DNA of 64,000 nucleotides from positions 8,284-72,283 of the forward strand of contig JABAAC010000053.1 of assembly GCA_014238965.1 (NCBI GenBank), read 5' to 3'. This DNA is from Phycisphaerales bacterium. GTDB taxonomy: Bacteria; Planctomycetota; Phycisphaerae; Phycisphaerales; SM1A02. Positions within the stretch are counted from its first letter, which is position 1. Every line of letters begins with the position of its first letter. This document shows, in pieces, positions 9,617 to 17,051 of this stretch. The notes beneath the pieces were generated by a model. It had not been told where the DNA came from and did no database searches. It saw only the letters and a list, made by a program, of their open reading frames with translations. A program made the translations under genes and the position numbers.

Positions 9617-10112
9617 GTCGATCTGGCGTTCTTGAATCAAGTGGGGGGAAGCTGCTCACTTGCATTAGTCGTGGTGCTTGGTTTGATCAATTCTCGCGAT
9701 CCCTCCGGATTGGGGGAATGGCCAGTTCAAAGGACAGCGGTCACCTTTGACCGGCCGTATCGAGGACCAGACCACTCACGCGGGCGAGGTTGAGAAGTTC
9801 TAGGTCATCCTTTTGCTGCCAGAAGGGGCGAGACGGGGGCGGAAAGTGAGGAACCGTTGCCTTTGGCATCAATTCCCGACTTGCCGCCCCCGCCTGTTTC
9901 CTTCTCGTCTCTTCTCTCACTAGGTAGTGGTGAGTCCCTTTCTAGTTGATACACACAAGTCAGAAAACTTACGTCCGATAGAAAACTTTGGACTTTCATG
10001 CATCACCGAGGGGCCCCTTGCCCTCGTTCTATCTGTAAAGCCACGATGCAGTCGGCCAAAGACGGCTGTGTGGGGTAAATCCAAGGAAAGAAACTTAGGA
10101 GAAGGTTTAGAA

Positions 10113-10778
10113 ATGAATAACGCAAGTATGAAACTAATTGGAAGTGTTGGGATTCTGGTATCTGCAGGTGCGGCCTCGACCGTGGCCTGTGCCAGCCCCT
10201 ATCTCGGTATTGTCGCGGACTACATCGATAACGGTGGGGCTATCGCTGGCGATACCTACCGTTTGTATGCCGAGCTCGAGGCTGGCGCTCGAGTTGATGC
10301 CGTGTATGGCAATAGCTCCCATGAATTGATGATTGATGTTGACGGGGGCTCATTTGTCCAAAGTTCATATGGCGGTAACACGTCACAGGACATTAACCCA
10401 GCGTTCTTCCCCATCGTGGGTTCCCTTCAATGGGAATCATTCGTGACGATCGGACTGCTGGATAACTCTGGTGGCAATGCCTTGAACAACGTAGGCATCG
10501 ACTGGTCTTCTTTCGAAGCTGGTGGCGCCTTGACTACGGATAACGGCACTTGGTTTGTGACCCCAAGCGATGCGCAGGGCGACGAAGTCGGTGGACGCGT
10601 CCTGTTGGGTCAGTTCACAATTACGGCTGGCGCCTCCCTTGTGGGGCAGATCAGCATGCAAGGCAAGGATGCTAATGGAGCGACCTGGCAGGCCAACAGT
10701 GTCAGCTGGGTTCCCGCACCAGGCGCACTGGCACTTATCACGCTGGCTGGCTTGGCTGGTTCACGACGTCGTCGATAA
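10113..10778 (+). CDS. PEP-CTERM sorting-domain secreted protein
   Basis: C-terminus VPAPGALALITLAGLAGSRRRR (PEP-like motif, TM helix, Arg cluster). Signal peptide from ATG 10113, preceded by AGGAGAAGG. Confidence 0.75.
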   Translation: MNNASMKLIGSVGILVSAGAASTVACASPYLGIVADYIDNGGAIAGDTYRLYAELEAGARVDAVYGNSSHELMIDVDGGSFVQSSYGGNTSQDINPAFFPIVGSLQWESFVTIGLLDNSGGNALNNVGIDWSSFEAGGALTTDNGTWFVTPSDAQGDEVGGRVLLGQFTITAGASLVGQISMQGKDANGATWQANSVSWVPAPGALALITLAGLAGSRRRR

Positions 10779-10843
10779 GCTTCACGTTCAGTTGGAGACT
10801 CAATGAGGCTTTGAGCACTCAAAGTCTCAAAGGCGCAAGAGAA

Positions 10844-10877
10844 CACCGCCCCGTCCTCTTCCACGGGGCGGTGTTTG
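10844..10877 (+). terminator. intrinsic terminator after the PEP-CTERM gene
   Basis: CACCGCCCCG-(10 nt loop)-CGGGGCGGTG followed by TTTGTGC. A second bulged hairpin GGCCCGGTATTACCGGCC plus TTTG lies at 10883-10903. Confidence 0.6.
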
Positions 10878-11117
10878 TGCGCGGCCCGGTATTACCGGCC
10901 TTTGCGGTGTGAACCGCATGATTCCAAATCGCTATAAAAGTCATACCGCGGCTATGGCAATACGCCATCTATCAATCGGCTGTATCAGACTTGGGTCTCA
11001 ACTCCTCCCATACTGAGGAGGAGCTGATTTAGGCATTTGGGCCAGCAAAGTTACCTTATGACTGACGACTTGAGATACGCTGAATTACCTATGGGATGCC
11101 GCACTCCAGTGGAGAAG

Positions 11118-11657
11118 ATGACAGACGTCCAGCTCATCGATGCCTGTCGCGATGGCTTGGAGCCAGCCTGGGGCGAATTCGTGAATCGATTTGGACGGCT
11201 TGTCTACGCCGCAGCTCGTCGGCGTGGCCTGCGTCATGCTGACGCTGAAGAGGTATTGCAGCGCACATTTGAATCAGCTTGGAAGCACATTGATCAGTTG
11301 CGTGACTCAAAGGCCGTGCGCGGCTGGTTGTTGACAACCGCCATGCGGCAATCTTGGCGTGTTGGTCGTGCGGCGACAAAGATGCCATCCTTTATCGATG
11401 CAATAGACGAACCCAGCGGAGATGACGCTGATCGCCTGCAGCAGTTGGAACGACAAGACTTGGTCAGGCGGGCATTGTCACTGTTGGGTGATCCTTGTAA
11501 AGCCCTGTTGATCGCGATCTTTCGTAGAGGGCCAGGCGATCGCTATGCAGAGGTTGCTGAGCAACTTGATATTCCAGTGGGCAGCATCGGTCCGACGCGT
11601 GGACGCTGCTTTCGAAAACTTGAAGACATTCTTGGACGGCTGGGATTCACACCCTGA
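11118..11657 (+). CDS. ECF-family RNA polymerase sigma factor (sigma-70 regions 2 and 4)
   Basis: N-terminus MTDVQLIDACRDGLEPAWGEFVNRFGRLVYAAARRRG with later AWKHIDQLRDSKAVRGWLLTTAMRQ (region 2) and YAEVAEQLDIPVGSIGPTRGRCFRKL (region 4 HTH). GGAGAAG sits directly upstream of ATG 11118. Alternative in-frame starts are TTG 11037 and ATG 11058. Confidence 0.85.
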   Translation: MTDVQLIDACRDGLEPAWGEFVNRFGRLVYAAARRRGLRHADAEEVLQRTFESAWKHIDQLRDSKAVRGWLLTTAMRQSWRVGRAATKMPSFIDAIDEPSGDDADRLQQLERQDLVRRALSLLGDPCKALLIAIFRRGPGDRYAEVAEQLDIPVGSIGPTRGRCFRKLEDILGRLGFTP

Positions 11658-11687
11658 CTGGTCCCTTTCTTGTAGAGCACATCACTT

Positions 11688-12350
11688 ATGAAACTCACTG
11701 ATGAAATGTATGATTTGACGCTTGCGTGGGCTTCCGGAGAACTTGACCCGGATCAGTCACAGGCGCTCGATGCAGCCCCGCAGGAACGTGTGGCAGAACT
11801 CGCTTCGCTTTGGCAGAGTATCGAAGCAATCGTTGTCGCCGATGAGGAGTTAGAGCCATCGACTCAAGCGCTTGCTCATGCAATGGCGATCCCCTCTGAA
11901 TCTCGGAGTAAACAGCCCTTGCATCAGACTGTTGCCGCGGCAGCCAAGGCAACGTTGCAAGACTTGCTTGATCAGTTTGACGGCGTGGTGGCCAGGTTGG
12001 TCCACGATGATCGTCTTACGCCCCTTGCGGTTCGAGGTGAGGCAGCGCAGGTCGTGCATCTTGCATGGGAGGCTGGCGAACTGGATATCGACCTAGTGGC
12101 TGAACCCTCCGCATTGGATCCTTTGACCGGTCAAACGTCGAGTTGGGTACTCCGCGGACAGGTTATGACTGATCTTCAGATCGGCGAGATTGACGCTGCG
12201 CTTGTGGACTCTACGACTCGATCGGTCGTGTCCTCTACGGTGGTCGATCGAGATGGTTGCTTCATACTTGCCGCAGATGCGGGATCGTGGTGTTTGCGCA
12301 TTGGCGCTAGGGATCGTGGCCTCCATCTGGAACCGGTAGAACTTGGGTGA
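11688..12350 (+). CDS. hypothetical soluble protein in the anti-sigma position
   Basis: Lies 30 nt after the sigma stop and shares a GTGA overlap with the next gene. No hydrophobic TM stretch and no HxxxCxxC motif seen. The C-terminal half looks beta-rich (VVDRDGCFILAADAGSWCLRI). Confidence 0.5.
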   Translation: MKLTDEMYDLTLAWASGELDPDQSQALDAAPQERVAELASLWQSIEAIVVADEELEPSTQALAHAMAIPSESRSKQPLHQTVAAAAKATLQDLLDQFDGVVARLVHDDRLTPLAVRGEAAQVVHLAWEAGELDIDLVAEPSALDPLTGQTSSWVLRGQVMTDLQIGEIDAALVDSTTRSVVSSTVVDRDGCFILAADAGSWCLRIGARDRGLHLEPVELG

Positions 12351-15163
12351 GCGCGACTGCTCATCAACGCGGCTTGCTTCAACATCTTGCGCAGTTGGAT
12401 GCTAAGGATGGTTTGGCGTCACTGGCAGCGGTTGGCCCGGTAGACGAACAGCTTCAAGTTGCTGTTGAGGCTGTTAGCGCAGTTGTTATGCAGGACATCC
12501 CAGCCGCGGTTGAAGGCGCGCGCGCCGTTGTGATGATTGCAGACTTGTGTGGCGTACCCATCGGCCGTGTGACTGCTCGTCGAGCGTTGAGTCGTGCCCT
12601 TGCTTGGGGAAGCGAATACACCGCAGCCCTATCAACTGCACAAGAGGCCGTGAAACTGGCGTTGAATGCAGGTCTTGAGGAAGAAGCAGGGCGAGCAAGG
12701 CTGGCATCTATGCATGCTTTGACCGAGATAGGTCGGCTTGACGATGCGGCGACTACAGGCCAGGAAGCTCGAGAGGCATTTGAGCAGATGGGCCTTGAAT
12801 CTATGGCTGCACGTGCGGACATTAATCTCGGCGTTGTGTACCAGCATCTGGATCGTCCAAAGCGGGCGGTTGAGTGCCTCAATCGTGCGCGTGCTGGGCT
12901 TGCGGGCGAGTCTGGCGTGCTGGGTCATCTTGAAAATAGCCTTGGTGAGTCGCTGCTGGCCATGGACGACATGGTCGGTGCAGAAGTCGCCTTTCTGGAT
13001 GCCCGCAAGGCCTTTGAGGCTGCTGACTCTGATCTCACGGCAGCCATCGCAGAGGGCAACCTTGCTGATCTGGCTGCGCGGCGTGGTCGTTTCGGCGAAG
13101 CATTGCATTGGTTTGAACAAGCTCGCCGGCGTCTGGTTCCAGTCGACGCGCCTGGGCATCTCGCACGGGTCTTAGCGGAGCGTGCCGAAGTGCTCGCTGC
13201 AGTGGGTATGTCCGCGGCGTCATGCAGGGCGTTCGAAGAAGCCCTTCCCATACTTGATGATGCGGGCTTGTTGGTAGAAGCAGCACGGGCACGTCGTGGT
13301 CTTGGCCGAGCCTATATGGCCGCTGGCCAATCGTCTCATGCGTCGACAATGCTTGCTGCTGCTGCGACGGCATTTGGTGATCTTGGGCAATTGGTTCCAA
13401 AGGCAGAGATTGATCTTGATCGAGCCAAGATTGCAATTGGGCGAGGTCGCACTGGACAGGCGTTTCGATTAACGCATGCTGCCATGTCAAGTTTCCGCGA
13501 TCGACCATTGCGTGAAACGGAGTGTCACCTTGTGCTGGCTGAAGCCAATCTTCCAGAGGATCCTCAGCAGGCAGAGTGTGAACTCAATGCAGCAGAATTA
13601 GGAGCACGGCGACTTGATGTGCCACCGCTTCTTGCCCAGGTACTTCATGTTCGAGGACGATTGCGTCGGTCTCAGCATCGGCTGGATCTTGCCGCGGCCG
13701 CCTTGTCCGAGGCAACAGACCAAGTTGAGCGATTGCGGGGCACTGTGCAGGCGGATCGATGTCGTGCGGGGCTTGGCTTAAGCAACCGTGCAATCTACGA
13801 GGATCATTTGAGTGTGTTGATTGAACGTGGGGACAGAGACAGCGTTGCAACCGCATTCTCCGTGGCCGATCGCATGCGTAGCCGGACGCTGCTCGATCAG
13901 GCGCGGCGTGGCCAGATGTCAGATCGTTCTATGGATTCAGTGGATCAGGATCCGTGCGAACAGCTCCGAGGTAAACTGAGCCTTCTATATAGTCGGCTTG
14001 CGGATGCGATGGATGGTGAAGAACTCGATGTTGGGTCGTGGAGGCAGGATCTACGTCGCACTGAAACGGAACTTGCCGATGCTGAAGTCCAGCTCGCTTC
14101 ATCCCATGGCATGGCTTCGCTTGACAACTCTCGGGTGGATCTTGCTGCAGTGCAGGCACAGCTTGCCAGCGGCGAGGTTCTGCTGCAGTACACCGTTCTG
14201 AGTGGTGAGGTCATGGCCTTTGTGGCGCATGCAGATGGATTGGAACTTGTAAGGGGCCTTGGGACTGTCAGCGACGTGGCCCAACAGCTCGAAGCGTTAC
14301 GTTTCCAGATTTCACGAGCGGTGGGGCACCGCGGTACATCACATCGGCGTCTCAATCGCATGATTTGTGAGACACGCGGACAAATGAACAAGTTGTATGC
14401 CACGTTAATGGCTCCGCTTCCCGACGTGGCCCATCAGGCTTCCCGATTAATTCTCGCATCACAAGGACTGCTGCATCTGGTTCCATTTCATGCGTTGCAC
14501 GATGAGTCGCAATGGGTGATTGAGCGTAGTGACGTGCAGTACGTGCCAAGTGTGTCCCTGTTGATGCACCTTCGTAGTCGTTTGCGGCAAACGCCCAAGG
14601 GGCCTGACTTGGTGGTTGCCGGTCGTACACAGGGGTTGCCTGGCGTACGCCGCGAAGCCGAAGCCGCAGCTGCCATGCTGGGTGAATCAACGGTACTGTT
14701 GTGTGATGGTCAGGCAACTGTTGCGGCTGTCCGCGATGCTGCTGAACATGCAAGGATCATTCACATCACTGGACACGGGCGTTTTATGCCGACACATGTC
14801 GGGGCCAGCGGCGTACGCCTTGATGACCGCTGGTTGTCATTGCATGAGATTCAGGATCTTTGCCTTAAAGCGAATCTCGTTGTACTCAGTTCGTGTGAGT
14901 CTGGCCCGGTTCAGGCATGCACAGATGATGAGCCCACAGGGTTGTTTCATGGCTTTCTAGCTAGTGGGGCAACCGGGCTGCTAGCTACACTGTGGCGGGT
15001 CTCGGATGCAACCTCACGTATTTCCCTTGCATTGTTCCATAAGCACCTCCAAACTGGCCTGACGTATGCAGGCGCCTTGCGGGAGGCTCAGCTCGAAACA
15101 ATGCAGTCAACCCCGCATCCGGCCCACTGGGCGCCTTTTATCTTTACAGGAGCGGAAGCATGA
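12347..15163 (+). CDS. TPR-repeat / CHAT-domain (caspase-fold) protease
   Basis: About 560 aa of TPR-like repeats (NLGVVYQHLDRPKRAVECLNRA, EGNLADLAARRGRFGEALHWFEQA). C-terminal CHAT signature with His (IIHITGHG, codon 14774-14776) and Cys (LVVLSSCESG, codon 14894-14896). No signal peptide. Confidence 0.8.
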   Translation: MSATAHQRGLLQHLAQLDAKDGLASLAAVGPVDEQLQVAVEAVSAVVMQDIPAAVEGARAVVMIADLCGVPIGRVTARRALSRALAWGSEYTAALSTAQEAVKLALNAGLEEEAGRARLASMHALTEIGRLDDAATTGQEAREAFEQMGLESMAARADINLGVVYQHLDRPKRAVECLNRARAGLAGESGVLGHLENSLGESLLAMDDMVGAEVAFLDARKAFEAADSDLTAAIAEGNLADLAARRGRFGEALHWFEQARRRLVPVDAPGHLARVLAERAEVLAAVGMSAASCRAFEEALPILDDAGLLVEAARARRGLGRAYMAAGQSSHASTMLAAAATAFGDLGQLVPKAEIDLDRAKIAIGRGRTGQAFRLTHAAMSSFRDRPLRETECHLVLAEANLPEDPQQAECELNAAELGARRLDVPPLLAQVLHVRGRLRRSQHRLDLAAAALSEATDQVERLRGTVQADRCRAGLGLSNRAIYEDHLSVLIERGDRDSVATAFSVADRMRSRTLLDQARRGQMSDRSMDSVDQDPCEQLRGKLSLLYSRLADAMDGEELDVGSWRQDLRRTETELADAEVQLASSHGMASLDNSRVDLAAVQAQLASGEVLLQYTVLSGEVMAFVAHADGLELVRGLGTVSDVAQQLEALRFQISRAVGHRGTSHRRLNRMICETRGQMNKLYATLMAPLPDVAHQASRLILASQGLLHLVPFHALHDESQWVIERSDVQYVPSVSLLMHLRSRLRQTPKGPDLVVAGRTQGLPGVRREAEAAAAMLGESTVLLCDGQATVAAVRDAAEHARIIHITGHGRFMPTHVGASGVRLDDRWLSLHEIQDLCLKANLVVLSSCESGPVQACTDDEPTGLFHGFLASGATGLLATLWRVSDATSRISLALFHKHLQTGLTYAGALREAQLETMQSTPHPAHWAPFIFTGAEA

Positions 15164-16668
15164 GTCACTTCGTTCAACAACTTTCTGCACGGTTCACAAT
15201 GCTGCTCGTATCTGCAGTGCTGTGTTGTGTTTCTGGCATCACACGTCCAGCCTCAGCAATTCCCTGTGATTTGCTCTCCGACGTTTCATTGGATCGGATG
15301 AACTTCCGTTTGGTCCCCGGCGCAACTGTGTCGCAGTTGTTGGATGCCATTCAAGTTGATTGGCCCGAAGTTGACTGGACTGTTGTGGGCGGGAAGCCGC
15401 TACGTGGCTACTACTGTGTGCATGTGGCAGCTCCTACATCTTGGACAGATGTCGAATGGGGCTTGTTTCATTCCGCCATGGCAGTTGGGTACCCGACAAT
15501 TGCCAATTGGATGGAATTCGTCAGTGATGACGAGGCACCCGAAGGCGGTACGGGAAGTACATTTGTCGATGGACTTGCCGATCTTGAGTCGTATCAAATT
15601 CAATATGCAGCACTGACTTTAGGTCTATCGGTATCACACATGCGTTCAACGGGTGTTGGTGTTGCCGTTGCCGTGCTTGATACCGGTGTTGACGCTGAAC
15701 ATGAATTGTTGGCAGGGCGGGTCCTTCAGGGCTGGGACTTTGTCGATGGCGATGCGTTTGCTGACGATGAAGCCTCAGGTCAAGACTTGGACGGTGATGG
15801 CCAGATTGATGAAATGACTGGGCACGGTACGTTTGTTAGTGGGCTGATCGCATTAGTTGCACCTGACGCTCGCATATTACCTGTTCGTGTACTTGACTCA
15901 GAGGGGCGTGGGGACTCATGGCGTTTAGCCAGTGGAATCTGGTATGCCATTGATCATGGCGTGGAAGTCATCAATCTCAGCCTAGGATCAACCGAAGATT
16001 CAATGATCGTTGAGGAAGCGTTGCTTGAGGCATATGAACTTGGAATCAGTGTCATTGCTGCGGGCGGCAATTGTGATCGCAATTGGCCGCGCGAGTTCCC
16101 AGCAATGACAGATTACGAAGTCATCGGTGTTGCGGGCGTGGATGATCTTGACAGTCGCGCGGGCTTTTCCAACTATCATTCAACACTCAAAATGTCGTCA
16201 CCTTCGACCTGTGCCGTTGACACTATGGGCGAACCTGTTATTGAACGATCGATCATTAGTGGCCTTCCAGGTGGACGCTTTGGCATCTGGGAAGGGACAA
16301 GTATGGGTACAGCATTTGTCTCAGGAACAGCCGCTCTCGTTCGGTCCCAGCACCCTGAGTGGGATGCCTCCAATTCGACTTCGCAATCAGTGGCCAATGC
16401 GATCATGTCTGGGGCGGTCAATATCGATAAGCTCAATGCAGATTTCATCGGACTCATTGGCGTGGGGCGACTCGATTCCGCTGCAAGTACGTCGCTTTCG
16501 CCAGCGGCCCCAATGCAGGGTGATCTCGATGGTAGCGGTGCCGTTACCGTGGACGACTTACTGCTCTTGCTGGGAGGTTGGGGAGAGGTTCACTCTTCCG
16601 CAGACTTTGATTGCAACGGCGCAGTCGATGTAGACGACATGTTGATTCTGCTTGGCAGTTGGGGATGA
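15160..16668 (+). CDS. secreted S8 subtilisin-like serine protease with C-terminal dockerin-like module
   Basis: Catalytic triad blocks VAVLDTGVD, GHGTFVSG and GTSMGTAFVSGTAALV. Signal peptide MLLVSAVLCCVSGITRPASA. C-terminal GDLDGSGAVTVDDLLLLLGGWG / DFDCNGAVDVDDMLILLGSWG. ATGA overlap with the CHAT gene. Confidence 0.85.
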   Translation: MSHFVQQLSARFTMLLVSAVLCCVSGITRPASAIPCDLLSDVSLDRMNFRLVPGATVSQLLDAIQVDWPEVDWTVVGGKPLRGYYCVHVAAPTSWTDVEWGLFHSAMAVGYPTIANWMEFVSDDEAPEGGTGSTFVDGLADLESYQIQYAALTLGLSVSHMRSTGVGVAVAVLDTGVDAEHELLAGRVLQGWDFVDGDAFADDEASGQDLDGDGQIDEMTGHGTFVSGLIALVAPDARILPVRVLDSEGRGDSWRLASGIWYAIDHGVEVINLSLGSTEDSMIVEEALLEAYELGISVIAAGGNCDRNWPREFPAMTDYEVIGVAGVDDLDSRAGFSNYHSTLKMSSPSTCAVDTMGEPVIERSIISGLPGGRFGIWEGTSMGTAFVSGTAALVRSQHPEWDASNSTSQSVANAIMSGAVNIDKLNADFIGLIGVGRLDSAASTSLSPAAPMQGDLDGSGAVTVDDLLLLLGGWGEVHSSADFDCNGAVDVDDMLILLGSWG

Positions 16669-16694
16669 TGATTGCCCATTGACTGTCCTGACGC

Positions 16695-16720
16695 GGAGAT
16701 GCACATCTTCGTTTATTTTC
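16695..16720 (+). terminator. weak candidate intrinsic terminator after the S8 gene
   Basis: GGAGAT-GCAC-ATCTTC (6 bp including one G-U pair) followed by GTTTATTTTC. Confidence 0.3.
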
Positions 16721-16923
16721 GTCTGCGTTGAGCGATGGAGACAGGGCAGCGAGTGAGGGGCGGAATCTACGAGGTCATCGATTGAAGGTTTGTTGGCATA
16801 CGGCGCGCGTGTGCGTGCACGTGTAGTGTTCAACCGTTGTGTAGTAACCAATCAGGATTCGTCAGACGCATGCGCTGTGTTTGAGATACTGCACTTGAAC
16901 GTAGCCAAGGTGCTGACACAAGA

Positions 16924-16947
16924 CAGGCCCGCCAAAGGCGGGCCTGT
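16924..16947 (-). terminator. hairpin terminator downstream of tRNA-Pro (possibly bidirectional)
   Basis: CAGGCCCGCC-TTTG-GCGGGCCTG on the minus strand, 5 nt after the tRNA 3' end, followed by TCTTGTGTC. Confidence 0.5.
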
Positions 16948-16952
16948 GTCAA

Positions 16953-17027
<75 letters not shown>

Positions 17028-17051
17028 GCGAGCGCATCATTGTAGCCAACC

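Noticed and set aside
9864-9884. Possible sigma-54 promoter (TGGCAT ... TTGC) upstream of the PEP-CTERM gene.
   Set aside because: The spacer between the TGGCAT and TTGC elements is 11 nt instead of the canonical 5 nt, so the GG/GC dinucleotides are not in -24/-12 register.
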